64,000 nucleotides of DNA. Origin: an uncultured Holophaga sp. GTDB taxonomy: Bacteria > Acidobacteriota > Holophagae > Holophagales > Holophagaceae. The stretch lies in NCBI GenBank assembly GCA_963663375.1, contig OY760195.1, positions 1,881,613 through 1,945,612 of the forward strand, given 5' to 3'. The first letter of the stretch is position 1. Every line of letters begins with the position of its first letter. The notes beneath the pieces were generated by a model. The model made no database searches, was not told the DNA's origin, and saw only the letters and a program-made list of their open reading frames with translations. This document shows positions 19,897 through 29,597 of this stretch, piece after piece. The translations under genes and the position numbers were made by a program.

Positions 19897-20085
19897 CTAA
19901 CAATTTTTACCTACAAATTGTTCAAGCCTTGCGGCTGATATCGTGTGACCTTTCCAGTCGGATCGCGTCACTACGATGTACGTGCCATCACTGCAGGAAT
20001 GCACATAGCAATCCCCCTCTGGATATGCAAAGAGTGAGGTTGTCATTAAGGCTAGGACAAACGCCAGATGAATTGCTTTTTTCAT
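19897..20085 (-). CDS. Small secreted Cys-containing protein (62 aa, low-GC)
   Basis: MKKAIHLAFVLALMTTSLFA signal peptide followed by a 42-aa mature part with 4 Cys. It lies immediately downstream of the poly-C/G tract. Confidence 0.4.
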   Translation of the reverse strand: MKKAIHLAFVLALMTTSLFAYPEGDCYVHSCSDGTYIVVTRSDWKGHTISAARLEQFVGKNC

Positions 20086-20124
20086 TATTTGCCTCCATGA
20101 GATTCGAACCAACTTATCAGCGGG

Positions 20125-20139
20125 GGGGGGGGGGGGTGA
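20125..20139. repeat. Homopolymeric G(15)/C(15) tract
   Basis: A run of ~15 G on the + strand 13-40 nt upstream of the small secreted-protein gene start(s) on the - strand. It is flanked by the short palindrome gtgacgggggtcac and the direct repeat CATGA(G/A)ATTCGAA. Confidence 0.8.
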
Positions 20140-20228
20140 CGGGGGTCACGATCACCCCAGCATGAATTCGAATCATCAGAAGTAGCGCACGCCATCGAAG
20201 TGGGCATGCTAGCAATTACGAGGTCACA

Positions 20229-20924
20229 ATGCCCGAGGGTGCCAAGGTCCAGTCCATGTTCAGCGGCATCGCGCCCCGCTACGACCTGCTGAACCATCTG
20301 CTGAGTCTGGGAGTCGATTTCTACTGGTGGCGCTGCATGGCGAGGGCATCTGGGGCCCAGCCCGGCAAGCGGATGCTGGATGTGGCCGCGGGCACGGGCG
20401 ATTCCAGCCTCGCCCTGGCGCGGCGAGGGGCCGAGGTCATCAGCACGGATTTCACCCAGGCCATGCTGGCCCTGGGCCCCGCCAAGTTCCGCCGGAAGCG
20501 CCTGGAAAATCTCGTGTGGGCCAGCGTGGGCGCCGATGCCCAGCGCCTGCCCTTCACGCCGGAATCTTTCGACGGAGTAACCATCTGCTACGGCATCCGC
20601 AACGTGGAACGCCGTCCCCTGGCCTACGCCGAGTTCCTGCGGGTGCTGAAGCCCGGCGGGCGTTTGGCGATCCTGGAATTCAGCCGCCCGCGCTGGGCCT
20701 GGCTGCGCGCCTTCTATGATTTCTACAGCCTGAGGATCCTGCCCCGAATCGGCAGGTGGGTCAGCGGCGACGCCAGCGCCTACACCTACCTGCCGGAGAG
20801 CATCCGCGCCTTTCCGGACCAGCCCGCCCTGGCGGCGGAACTGTCGGCGGCGGGGTTCAGCCGGGTGACGTGGCGGAACCTCACGGGCGGAATCGTGGCC
20901 CTGCACGTGGCGGAAAAGCCCTAA
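20229..20924 (+). CDS. ubiE: Demethylmenaquinone/ubiquinone methyltransferase
   Basis: Class I SAM MTase motif (LDVAAGTGD) and a full-length UbiE/MenG match. The translation was checked codon by codon. Confidence 0.85.
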   Translation: MPEGAKVQSMFSGIAPRYDLLNHLLSLGVDFYWWRCMARASGAQPGKRMLDVAAGTGDSSLALARRGAEVISTDFTQAMLALGPAKFRRKRLENLVWASVGADAQRLPFTPESFDGVTICYGIRNVERRPLAYAEFLRVLKPGGRLAILEFSRPRWAWLRAFYDFYSLRILPRIGRWVSGDASAYTYLPESIRAFPDQPALAAELSAAGFSRVTWRNLTGGIVALHVAEKP

Positions 20925-20999
20925 TCCTCTGGATGCACTACAATGGGGAATCCGTCCGGCCTTCCTCCGTACGCCTTTCCCGCATCCCGAGGTGCCGCT

Positions 21000-21203
21000 A
21001 TGTCCAAGCCCGATCCTTCCATCACCGCCAACCTGCTCGGCACGCTGACGGCCAAACCCACCCAGGAAGGCCACGATGGCCTCAAGCCCGGCAAGCCCGG
21101 CCACGCCGAGCGCCATCCGGCCCCCACCGCCCACAAGCCCTCCAAGCCCGCCCCCAACAAGCAGGCCTCGGCCCACACCCGCAGTACCAATCGCGGGAAG
21201 TAG
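21000..21203 (+). CDS. Small basic Lys/Pro-rich hypothetical protein
   Basis: An RBS, gagg, lies 7 nt before the ATG (MSKPDPS...). The protein is low-complexity. Weak support. Confidence 0.25.
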   Translation: MSKPDPSITANLLGTLTAKPTQEGHDGLKPGKPGHAERHPAPTAHKPSKPAPNKQASAHTRSTNRGK

Positions 21204-21300
21204 CCCTGGATTTGACGATTTGTAGGCCGTGATCCAACGAGGACGACGGCTTGTGTAGCCTGGAGGCACGGGTGACCCCTCGGTCCCCGAGGAGTGGTCC

Positions 21301-21942
21301 ATGGTCGGGTTTCTCAGCACGATGATGTTCGCCTTTCTGGCGCTCTTCCCCATCCTGAATCCTCCGGCCATGGCGCCGGTGTTCGTGCAGCTCACGGCCG
21401 GGGTGAAGGAATCCCAGCGCAACCACCTGGCGGCCCTCATCGGCTTCTATACCTTCGTGTTCCTCACCTCCCTGCTGCTGGTGGGCGGTTGGCTGCTGAA
21501 GCTCCTGGGCATCTCCATCCCCGTCATCGCCATCGCCGGCGGCCTGCTGCTCTTCCACAGCGCCTGGCACATGCTCAACAAGGACCCGCGGATGAGCGAG
21601 TCCGAGAAGGCCGAACTCCAGACCTACATGCTGGACAAGGCCTTCTTTCCCCTGACCCTGCCAGTCACGGCGGGTCCGGGTTCCATGGCGGTCACCCTGA
21701 GCCTAGTGCCCCGGGGCCGCATCTCCGATCCCCACACCCTGCTGGATTTCCTGGCGGTCACCTGCGGCATCGCCCTGGCCGCGGCCACCATCTTCATCTT
21801 CTACCGTTACTCCGCCAAGGTGCTCCGCCGCCTGGGCAACACCGGCGCCGCTACCATCAGCCAGATCTCGGCCTTCATCCTGCTGGCCATCGGCGTCCAG
21901 ATCGTCTGGGGCGGACTCCGGGAACTGATCCGAACCCTATAG
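21301..21942 (+). CDS. MarC-family integral membrane protein (UPF0056)
   Basis: 213 aa with six predicted TM helices and MarC family similarity ([11 protein letters not shown]...). Confidence 0.8.
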   Translation: MVGFLSTMMFAFLALFPILNPPAMAPVFVQLTAGVKESQRNHLAALIGFYTFVFLTSLLLVGGWLLKLLGISIPVIAIAGGLLLFHSAWHMLNKDPRMSESEKAELQTYMLDKAFFPLTLPVTAGPGSMAVTLSLVPRGRISDPHTLLDFLAVTCGIALAAATIFIFYRYSAKVLRRLGNTGAATISQISAFILLAIGVQIVWGGLRELIRTL

Positions 21943-22022
21943 GCTCGAACTCACCCCGGCCCCGATTTCCGACGATAACTCCCCTGTGGGGCTCCCTGGA
22001 GGATCTCCGCGGAGGGTTCCTC

Positions 22023-23624
22023 ATGCGTGTCAATCAACCCGTCACCAAGGTCGAGAAGCTGGTCCAGGAAGGGGCCTTCCTGGTCTCCATGACGGATACC
22101 CGGGGCATCATCACCTATGCCAACGACGAATTCGTGCGCCTCAGCGGCTTCAGCCGGGACGAGTTGATCGGCCAGCCTCACAATCTGGTGCGCCACCCGG
22201 ACATGCCCCCGGCGGCCTTCGCGGATCTCTGGGCCACGGTGAAGGGCGGCAAGCCCTGGCAGGGCTTTGTGAAGAACCGCTCCAAGGACGGAGGCTTCTA
22301 TTGGGTGGATGCCAATGTAACCCCCGTGGTGGAGCAGGGGCACACGGTGGGCTATGTCTCCATCCGCAGCCGCCCCAGCCGCTCCCAGGTGCGCGAGGCC
22401 GAGCGGGTCTACTCCCTGATGAACCAGGGAAAGAGCCTGGAGGAAACCCAACAAAAGGCCTGGGTTCCTTTTCCTAACCTGACCTTCGGGAACCGACTGC
22501 GCCTCGCCTTCGCCCTGGTCATCGTCCTTTTCGTCGCCACACTGGTCCTGGTCGCCGCCTCCCTGGGATCGGCCCAGGGGCCCCAAGACGGCGTTCTCTG
22601 GCGCCTGGGGCTGGCGGGTGGAGTCGCCGTGGTGGCCTCCATCCTCATCGCCACCCTTGCCGCAAGGGTTGCCCAGGCGCAGATCGGAGGCGACCCCGAC
22701 TACGCCATCCGGGTTACCCGCGCCATCTCCGAGGGAAATCTCCGGATGGAAATCGACACCCGCCCCGGAGACGTCACCAGTGTTTTGGCTACTCTGCGGG
22801 GCATGCAGTCCAACCTCAAGGGCATGATCAACCGCATCCGCTTCGATTCCATGCGGGTGACGGACAACGCCGCGACCTTTGCCTCGGCCACCCACCAGAT
22901 CTCGGCCACCAGTCAGGAACTGGCCCGGAACGCTGAGGAACAGCGCGGCTCCGTGGAACGCATGGCCTCGGCCATGACCGAGCTCACAGCCTCCATCGAG
23001 GAAGTCTCCGGCAACGTGCGATCCAGCCAGCGCCAGGCTGAGGCGGCGGTGGAGGCCACCCAGCTCGGTGACCGATCTGGGGAGGCCGCCATGCAGGCCA
23101 TGGCCCAGGTCGAGCAGTCCACCGCCAAGGTCGTGCAGGCGGTGCGGGTCATCCAGGACATCGCCCGCCAGACCAACCTGCTCTCCCTCAACGCCGCCAT
23201 CGAGGCCGCCAAGGCCGGGGCCATGGGCAAGGGCTTCGCCGTGGTCGCCGAGGAAGTGCGCAAGCTCGCCGAGCGCAGTGCCCAATCCGCCCGGGAGATC
23301 GCCACGCTCATCGAGAGCAGCAACGAAGCGGTGGCCTTGGGCAAGTCCACGGTGCAAGAGGCGGTTCAGGCCCTGGCGGAGATCCGCGAACACATCGGCC
23401 AGGTCACTTCGATGGCCCTGGAGATCAGCTCCTCCACCGAGGAACAGGCCCACGCCAGCGCCGAAGTCACCCAGCAGGTGGAACTGGGCGCCCAGAAGGC
23501 CATGGAGAACGCCAGTGCCAGCGTGGAACTGTCCGCCACCGTGGAGAACAACGCCCAGACCTCCGACCAATTGGCCCGCACCGCCGAGGGTCTTGCGGCC
23601 CTGGTGGCGCGGTTCAGGACCTAG
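22023..23624 (+). CDS. Methyl-accepting chemotaxis protein with N-terminal PAS (Aer-like) sensor
   Basis: PAS_3-like N-terminus ([33 protein letters not shown]), two TM helices, a HAMP domain, and the MCP signalling domain ([34 protein letters not shown]). Confidence 0.85.
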   Translation: MRVNQPVTKVEKLVQEGAFLVSMTDTRGIITYANDEFVRLSGFSRDELIGQPHNLVRHPDMPPAAFADLWATVKGGKPWQGFVKNRSKDGGFYWVDANVTPVVEQGHTVGYVSIRSRPSRSQVREAERVYSLMNQGKSLEETQQKAWVPFPNLTFGNRLRLAFALVIVLFVATLVLVAASLGSAQGPQDGVLWRLGLAGGVAVVASILIATLAARVAQAQIGGDPDYAIRVTRAISEGNLRMEIDTRPGDVTSVLATLRGMQSNLKGMINRIRFDSMRVTDNAATFASATHQISATSQELARNAEEQRGSVERMASAMTELTASIEEVSGNVRSSQRQAEAAVEATQLGDRSGEAAMQAMAQVEQSTAKVVQAVRVIQDIARQTNLLSLNAAIEAAKAGAMGKGFAVVAEEVRKLAERSAQSAREIATLIESSNEAVALGKSTVQEAVQALAEIREHIGQVTSMALEISSSTEEQAHASAEVTQQVELGAQKAMENASASVELSATVENNAQTSDQLARTAEGLAALVARFRT

Positions 23625-23932
23625 GAGCCCGTCCAAGTATTATGCGGGGCCGCGCTGGGGTGCCAGCCGAGCGAGGCAAGGAAGGCGACGAAGGCCCTCT
23701 CGGTATCGGCTTCGCCGATACGCGAGACGAGCTGAAATCTGGTGGCCCCAAGGACAAGGAGCCTGACGCGGCATCGCGACGGCTGGCGCCCCAGCCCGAA
23801 GGGTTGAGCGCAAAGGGCTCGCTGGCTGTGTCGGCGCGTTCGGACGATGGACCCGCATCGCCTCTCACGCGCCTTCGTGCCATCAAGTCCTTTGCACTCA
23901 ACGCGGTTCCCGCAGAATACGTGGACGGGCTC

Positions 23933-25486
23933 CTAGTACGCCGCCTCGGCCTTCCCGCTGAGGCGCAGTAGGCTCTCGCCTTCCATCTCCCCAGGCTGTT
24001 CAATTCCCAGGAGCTCCAGCAGCGTAGGGGCCACATCACACAGCGCCCCCCCGGCGCGCAGTTGGCGACCGGCGAAACCCTCCGCCACGATCACCGCGGG
24101 CACGGGGTTGGAGGTGTGCGCCGTGTGGGGATTTCCGGCCTCGTCTCGCATGCAGTCAGCATTGCCATGATCGGCGGTGATGAACAGCGCGCCCTTGGCC
24201 GCCAGCACCGCCTCCGCCACCTGGCGCAGGGCGTCATCCACGATCCCGCAGGCCATGGTGGCCGCATTGAGATCGCCAGTGTGGCCCACCATGTCGCCGT
24301 TGGCGAGGTTGCAGACGATGAAGCGGTGCTGCCCCGCATGGATGGCCTTCACCAGGCCACGGGTCACCTCGTGGCAACTCATCTCGGGCATCAGGTCGTA
24401 GGTGGCCACCTTGGGAGAGGGCACCAGCAGCCGTTCTTCGCCTAGAAATGGCTCTTCCCGACCACCGTTGAAGAAGAAGGTGACGTGGGCGTACTTCTCC
24501 GTTTCGGCGGTGCGGAGCTGCTTCAGCCCCTTGTTCGCCACCAGCTCGCCCAGGATGTTGGCTAGGTTCTGGGGCGCGTAGGCCACGCTCACAAAGGGAT
24601 CCAGATCTGTCTCGTACTGGGTGAAGGTGAGGAGCTTGATCGCGGGGCGCGTGGGGCGGGGGAAGCCGTCGAAGGCCGGATTCACCAGAGCGTGGCTGAA
24701 CTCCCGGGCCCGATCCGCGCGGAAATTGAAGAAGATGACTCCATCGCCATCCTCCAGCGGGTGGAAGTCCGCCGTGGTGGTGGGGCTCACGAATTCATCG
24801 GTCTCACCCCGGCCGTAGGCGGCCCGGATGCCAGCCTGGGCATCGACCGCCGTGAATTCCCCCGCGCCTTCCACCAGCATCTTCCAGGCCCGGATCACCC
24901 GCTCCCAGCGCTTATCGCGATCCATCACCACGTAGCGCCCGCAGAGGGAACCGATGCGCACCCGAGGGCAGGGTTTCAGGTCTTCGGAGAGCTGGGCCAA
25001 GAAGCCATCGGCGCTCTTCTGCGCCGTGTCGCGCCCATCCAGGAAGGCATGGATCACCGTTGGGACATCCTCCGCCTGGGCCCACTGGGCCAGGGCCACC
25101 AGATGGTTCTGGTGGCTGTGCACGCCGCCGGGGCTCACGAGGCCCATGAGATGCAGGCGCTTGCCGGAGGCCTTGAGTTCGGCCAGCAGGTTCCCCATGG
25201 CCGGGTTTTCCCGAAAGGTGCCCTTCTTGATGGCCGCGTCGATGCGGGTGAGTTCCTGCCACACCACTCGGCCCGCGCCCAGGTTCATGTGCCCCACTTC
25301 CGAATTGCCGAACTGGCCCTCTGGCAGCCCCACGGATTCCCCGCCTGCCTGCAACTGCGTGGCCGCGTACTGCCCGCGCAGGCGGTTGAGATTCGTCATC
25401 CCGGCCCGGAACGTCGCATCGAAGTGGTTGCGTGCGCCATCGGCCACGCCATCGAGAATCAGGAGCACCACGGGGCCCTGGATCAT
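23933..25486 (-). CDS. gpmI: 2,3-bisphosphoglycerate-independent phosphoglycerate mutase
   Basis: iPGM motifs (LILDGVADG, SPGGVHSH). The start is set at MIQGP, which has a gaggt RBS. Confidence 0.85.
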   Translation of the reverse strand: MIQGPVVLLILDGVADGARNHFDATFRAGMTNLNRLRGQYAATQLQAGGESVGLPEGQFGNSEVGHMNLGAGRVVWQELTRIDAAIKKGTFRENPAMGNLLAELKASGKRLHLMGLVSPGGVHSHQNHLVALAQWAQAEDVPTVIHAFLDGRDTAQKSADGFLAQLSEDLKPCPRVRIGSLCGRYVVMDRDKRWERVIRAWKMLVEGAGEFTAVDAQAGIRAAYGRGETDEFVSPTTTADFHPLEDGDGVIFFNFRADRAREFSHALVNPAFDGFPRPTRPAIKLLTFTQYETDLDPFVSVAYAPQNLANILGELVANKGLKQLRTAETEKYAHVTFFFNGGREEPFLGEERLLVPSPKVATYDLMPEMSCHEVTRGLVKAIHAGQHRFIVCNLANGDMVGHTGDLNAATMACGIVDDALRQVAEAVLAAKGALFITADHGNADCMRDEAGNPHTAHTSNPVPAVIVAEGFAGRQLRAGGALCDVAPTLLELLGIEQPGEMEGESLLRLSGKAEAAY

Positions 25487-25544
25487 GAAATTACCTCGCG
25501 AAAGAATCGGGCTTCCCCGAGCTTTCAGGATACCCCGCACATCC

Positions 25545-26420
25545 TTAGGCCATGCTCTCGCGATCATTCCAGGCCAGGCGCCCCTTGGTCTTCAGCAATC
25601 CCACGATTCCAAGGGCCAGCAATCCAACGGCGAGAGCCCAGGTCCAAACGGCGGGCCAGGATCCAACCTGAATCCCCATGGCCGTCGCCAAAGAATCGGG
25701 TGCCCCATTACCGAAGGCATGAGCAAAAAGGCATGGCCACAGGGAGCCCGTTTCCGCAAACAGCCATCCCACAAAGAGGCCGAACACCCCCGCTCCGACG
25801 AATTGCCCCAGGTTCCCATGAGACGCGCCAAAGAGGATTGCACTCGCCAAAATCGCGAACCATTTGGGATAGTGCTTCAGAAAACCTCCCAAGATGATCC
25901 CCCGAAATACCACTTCCTCCCAAAGAGGCGCTCCCACAATCGCCAGCAACCACCCGTGCGCACCAGCACCGGGGCTAGGGTCAGCAGGGCCGATGGAAAT
26001 CAGATTGGTTTGCAGCATCACCAGGAGGAAGCACCACGTAAGTGCCCTTTCGCCAACCGAACCCACCACAATGGACGGCCAGCTTCCCCAGGGAACGGGA
26101 CGAAGCGCGAGCATATCTCCGAACGTGCGCCGTCCCCAGAGCCGCGCCAACAGAGGCGCAGACAGGGACGCGAGGACTACGACAGCCGCCATCGCCACCG
26201 CAGTCGCCCCGTACCATTCCAACCGAATGAAGGGACCGGCGATCAGAAACGCCAAGATGGGCTGGGCCTTACCAATCAGCCACACCATCAGCATGGCTTG
26301 AAGAAGCCCAGGAAAGCCTTCCCGCCGGAGTTCTTGCTTCAAGAGACCCCATGCAGAATTGGATTTCAATGCCTGGATTTCCAGTTCGGGTGGAGAAAGG
26401 GTGTCGACCGCTGGCGCCAT
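25545..26420 (-). CDS. CPBP-family intramembrane metalloprotease (CAAX protease/Abi)
   Basis: EEVVFRG and FGASHG motifs in a multi-TM protein. Confidence 0.65.
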   Translation of the reverse strand: MAPAVDTLSPPELEIQALKSNSAWGLLKQELRREGFPGLLQAMLMVWLIGKAQPILAFLIAGPFIRLEWYGATAVAMAAVVVLASLSAPLLARLWGRRTFGDMLALRPVPWGSWPSIVVGSVGERALTWCFLLVMLQTNLISIGPADPSPGAGAHGWLLAIVGAPLWEEVVFRGIILGGFLKHYPKWFAILASAILFGASHGNLGQFVGAGVFGLFVGWLFAETGSLWPCLFAHAFGNGAPDSLATAMGIQVGSWPAVWTWALAVGLLALGIVGLLKTKGRLAWNDRESMA

Positions 26421-26588
26421 AAGAATCCCAATTCTCAGAGTTTCTTCCCCTACGGAGTTGCGAGACTTCCGTTTACGGGGAATCTCTCATGACCCGCTCA
26501 ACGCTACTGGCCCCCGCAGCGACTTGGGAGGATCATTGGGACCGCCGAGCACACCACCACTGGCATCACGCCATCACAAGGAGACCCC

Positions 26589-27089
26589 ATGGACCGCAGC
26601 AAGAGCATCGCCCTGCTGAATCACGCCGTTGCCGATGAACTGCAGGCTGTTCACCAGTACATGTACTTCCACTTCCATCTCGATGACCAGGGCCTCGCAC
26701 CCCTTTCCATGCTCTTCAAGCGCACGGCCATCGAGGAAATGATGCACGTGGAGAAGCTGGCGGACCGCATCCTCTTCCTGAAGGGCGAGGTGGAAGTAGC
26801 GCCCGCAGGCCCCGTGGCAAAGATCACGGATCCCACCGCCATGCTGAAGAAGGCCATGGAGATGGAGGCCGGCAGTCAGATCGACTACAACAAGGCCGCC
26901 CTGGAGTGCGGCGCCAACGCCGACGCCGTCACCAAGCAGCTCTTCGAGAGCCTGGTGGTGGACGAAGAGCGCCACTTCGACCAGTACGAAAAGCAGTTCG
27001 AGAAAATCGAGCGCTTCGGCCTCAACTATCTGGCCCTTCAGTCCTTCGGCAACTCCGCTGAACCCGGTGCCGCCCACCCCACGGCCTAG
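26589..27089 (+). CDS. bfr: Bacterioferritin
   Basis: 166 aa with ferritin-like di-iron ligands and the heme-Met region. Full-length match to Bfr. Confidence 0.85.
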   Translation: MDRSKSIALLNHAVADELQAVHQYMYFHFHLDDQGLAPLSMLFKRTAIEEMMHVEKLADRILFLKGEVEVAPAGPVAKITDPTAMLKKAMEMEAGSQIDYNKAALECGANADAVTKQLFESLVVDEERHFDQYEKQFEKIERFGLNYLALQSFGNSAEPGAAHPTA

Positions 27090-27090
27090 C

Positions 27091-27267
27091 CGTGAAGAAG
27101 CTGAAGGACAAGGAACTCTGCAAGCTCGTCAAGGATGACGCGCTTGCGGAGTCCCTGGACGCCTTCAAGAAGCTGGTGGAGGCGCCCACCCACCTCTGCC
27201 TCAAGTGCGGGCGCGTCAGCAATGACAAGAAGCGGCTCTGCAAACCGGAGCGACTCACGGGTCAATA
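27091..27267 (+). CDS. Small Lys-rich 4-Cys protein (58 aa) immediately downstream of bfr, possible Bfd-like redox partner
   Basis: GTG start 2 nt after the bfr stop. Cysteines appear as C...CLKC...C. It is absent from the ORF track because it is shorter than 60 aa. Confidence 0.3.
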
Positions 27268-27417
27268 GCGGTAAGGGGCATTCCCGTCTCGCCCGGCGAC
27301 CCGGCTTGAGTTACTAATGGATGCCGAGTGCGCGGGATCGGAATCCTCCAGTTTTTCCTCCCCCTTGGCTTCGAACAGTCGCATGTCTCCACAGGGTGGG
27401 AGGACGAATCAGGTTGG

Positions 27418-27963
27418 TCAGTTCGACGGTACCCCCGGGTCGGAACCCAGGGCCGCAGCCACCCCGTTCACGGTGGCCGCGATGCGGATGGCGTCGTGGA
27501 TCTGCTGTTCGGTGAAGCCACCCTCGATCAGGGTCTTCTCGTGGGCGCGGACGCAAACCTCGCAGCCGTTCACCGCGCTCACCGCCAGACAGTAGAGTTC
27601 GAAGTCCAGCTTGGGGCCCGCCGGTTTGGCGATGCGGTTCATGCGCAGGCGGGCCGGAAGTTGGCCGTAGCTCTCCTTGCCCACCATGTGGCGGAACCGA
27701 TAGAAGATGTTGTTCATCCCCATGAGCGCTGCGGCGGCCAGGGCATCCTCCACCGCGATTTCACCCGCACGGGAAAGCGCCTCCTGGCGGAGCGTCTCCC
27801 GAAGCGCGCCGTGGCGGGTGGCCGTTGCCACCGCCAGGGCCGTGCCGTATTGCTGAAGGGGGCTGAGGCTGGATTCGCCCAGCACCGCCTGGATGTTGAG
27901 TTTCAAATCCTTGGCGTATTCCGGCAGGCTTTCGCGCAGGCCTTCGAGATCCAGGGTCGCCAT
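27418..27963 (-). CDS. ahpD: Alkyl hydroperoxidase AhpD (carboxymuconolactone decarboxylase family)
   Basis: AhpD catalytic motif ELYCLAVSAVNGCEVC. The gene lies 3 nt downstream of ahpC. Confidence 0.8.
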   Translation of the reverse strand: MATLDLEGLRESLPEYAKDLKLNIQAVLGESSLSPLQQYGTALAVATATRHGALRETLRQEALSRAGEIAVEDALAAAALMGMNNIFYRFRHMVGKESYGQLPARLRMNRIAKPAGPKLDFELYCLAVSAVNGCEVCVRAHEKTLIEGGFTEQQIHDAIRIAATVNGVAAALGSDPGVPSN

Positions 27964-27965
27964 GG

Positions 27966-28502
27966 TCACACCTGCAGCGTGGCGTCGCCCTTCTGCCAAT
28001 TGCAGGGGCACAGTTCATCGGTCTGCAGGGCATCCAACACCCGCAGCACTTCTTCTACACTGCGCCCCACGCTCAGGTCGTTGACGCTGACGTGACGGAT
28101 GATCCCCTCGGGATCCACGATGAAGGTGGCCCGCAAGGGCACGCCCGCCTCCTTGTGCAGCACGCCCAGGGCCGTGCTCAGCTCCCGCTTGGTGTCCGCG
28201 AGCATGGGAAAGGGCAGATCCTTCAGATCCGCGTGGTTGTTGCGCCAGGCCAAATGCACGAAGTGGGTGTCCGTGCTGGCGCCCAGCACCTGGGCATCCC
28301 GGTCCAGAAAATCGCCGTTGCGCTTGCCGAAGGCGGCAATCTCCGTGGGGCAGACGAAGGTGAAGTCCATGGGCCAGAGGAAGAGCACCTTCCACTTTCC
28401 CGAGAAACTGTCCTGGGTAAGGGTCTGGAATTCCTTGCCCTTCTCGAGACTGGTCACGGCCTGCAATTCGAAGGAAGGAAGGCGATCGCCAACGGTCAGC
28501 AT
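27966..28502 (-). CDS. ahpC: Peroxiredoxin (AhpC/Tsa 2-Cys)
   Basis: FTFVCPTEI peroxidatic Cys motif. An aggag RBS precedes the ATG at 28502. Confidence 0.85.
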   Translation of the reverse strand: MLTVGDRLPSFELQAVTSLEKGKEFQTLTQDSFSGKWKVLFLWPMDFTFVCPTEIAAFGKRNGDFLDRDAQVLGASTDTHFVHLAWRNNHADLKDLPFPMLADTKRELSTALGVLHKEAGVPLRATFIVDPEGIIRHVSVNDLSVGRSVEEVLRVLDALQTDELCPCNWQKGDATLQV

Positions 28503-28557
28503 CTCAATTCTCCTGTGGGGTGGGGCGCACTCTTCGCGCCGCTTCACCAGCTTCGTT

Positions 28558-28606
28558 CCGAGACTGTTGCGGGTCCAAGATATCGTTTCTATGTTTTTGA
28601 TAGATA
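28558..28606. promoter_or_regulatory. Candidate OxyR-binding site / divergent ahpC-oxyR promoter region
   Basis: AT-rich intergenic sequence tatcgtttctatgtttttgatagataataca with repeated ATAG/CTAT half-site-like elements spaced as in OxyR boxes. Confidence 0.4.
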
Positions 28607-28615
28607 ATACAAATC

Positions 28616-29539
28616 ATGGATGCGACACCTCTACCTTTCACCCTGCGCCAGATGCAGTACGCCCTCGCCGTGGCGGAGACACTCAATTTTCGCCGGGCCG
28701 CCGATCTGTGCGCCGTGGCGCAACCCTCTCTCAGCTCCCAGCTCGCGGCCCTGGAGAATGCCCTGGGTGTCCCGATCTTCGAACGTGGCCGGGGTGGCGT
28801 GCGGGTGACGCCCCCCGGTCAGGCCCTCCTGGCTCGCATGGAACGCATGCTGGCCGAGGGCCGCGAACTGGCCCAGGAGGCCCAGACCTTTCTGGATCCC
28901 TTCGCGGGTTCGCTGCGCCTGGGCATCATCCCCACCCTCGCGCCCTACGCACTGCCCTTTCTGGTGCCCGCCCTGCGGGAGGCCTTTCCCCGCCTGCTTC
29001 CCCTCTGGACCGAGGCGCACACGGACACCCTCGTGGCCGCCCTCCAGAAGAGCGAGTTGGATGGCGCCATCCTGGCTCTGGAGGCCGATCTGGGCGACCT
29101 GGAGCACCTGGTGTTGGGCAAGGATCCCTTCCGCGTCTGTTTGCCGACCACCCATCGCCTCGCCCGACGCAAACAGGCCCTTCGGGAGGAGGAACTTGAA
29201 GGGGAGCGACTGCTCCTGCTGGAGGACGGCCACTGTCTCCGGGGCCAGGCCCTCGCGGCCTGCAGGGGGGCTCGCCTGGAGGAACTGGGCTACCGCGCCA
29301 CCAGCCTGCCCACCCTGGTGCAGATGGTGGCCAGCGGTGCAGGCATCACCCTGCTCCCCCGGCTGGCGGTGGCCACCGAAGCGGCCCGCGCCTCGGTGGT
29401 GATGCGTCCCCTGGCGGAGCCCGTGCCCTTCCGTACCCTGGTCCTGGTGTGGCGCCGGGGCACTTTCGCCCAAGGGGCCCTGCGGCGTCTCGGCCCCGTG
29501 GCCGCAAAGGCCTTCCGGAAGAATCCCGACGGGATGTGA
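28616..29539 (+). CDS. oxyR: LysR-family hydrogen-peroxide sensor OxyR
   Basis: LysR HTH N-terminus and the redox Cys pair in GHCLRGQALAAC (the C199/C208 equivalent). The gene is divergent from ahpCD. Confidence 0.8.
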   Translation: MDATPLPFTLRQMQYALAVAETLNFRRAADLCAVAQPSLSSQLAALENALGVPIFERGRGGVRVTPPGQALLARMERMLAEGRELAQEAQTFLDPFAGSLRLGIIPTLAPYALPFLVPALREAFPRLLPLWTEAHTDTLVAALQKSELDGAILALEADLGDLEHLVLGKDPFRVCLPTTHRLARRKQALREEELEGERLLLLEDGHCLRGQALAACRGARLEELGYRATSLPTLVQMVASGAGITLLPRLAVATEAARASVVMRPLAEPVPFRTLVLVWRRGTFAQGALRRLGPVAAKAFRKNPDGM

Positions 29540-29597
29540 TTTTCTCCACCCTGCCCTCGGTCTAAGCTCAAGTCGGCCCTATGCCTGGAGGTTGACC

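Noticed and set aside
20095-20180. GGTTCGAATC-like tRNA T-loop motif near the poly-G tract (possible tRNA gene)
   Set aside because: No full cloverleaf can be built: there is no acceptor or anticodon arm and the T-stem does not pair. At most it is a remnant fragment, so it is not reported as a tRNA.
20085-21440. 451-aa minus-strand ORF spanning the poly-G tract, ubiE and the marC start
   Set aside because: It reads through the homopolymer and is antisense to ubiE, which I verified codon by codon. The composition is artefactual. Only its 3' portion in another start context (19897..20085) is credible as a small secreted protein.
21294-22022. 5' extension of the 776-aa ORF upstream of the MCP start
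   Set aside because: It overlaps marC in another frame. The MCP PAS domain begins at MRVNQP (22023), so the upstream part is a non-coding read-through.
21951-23636. 561-aa antisense ORF within the MCP gene
   Set aside because: Opposite strand of a gene with an unmistakable MCP signalling domain.
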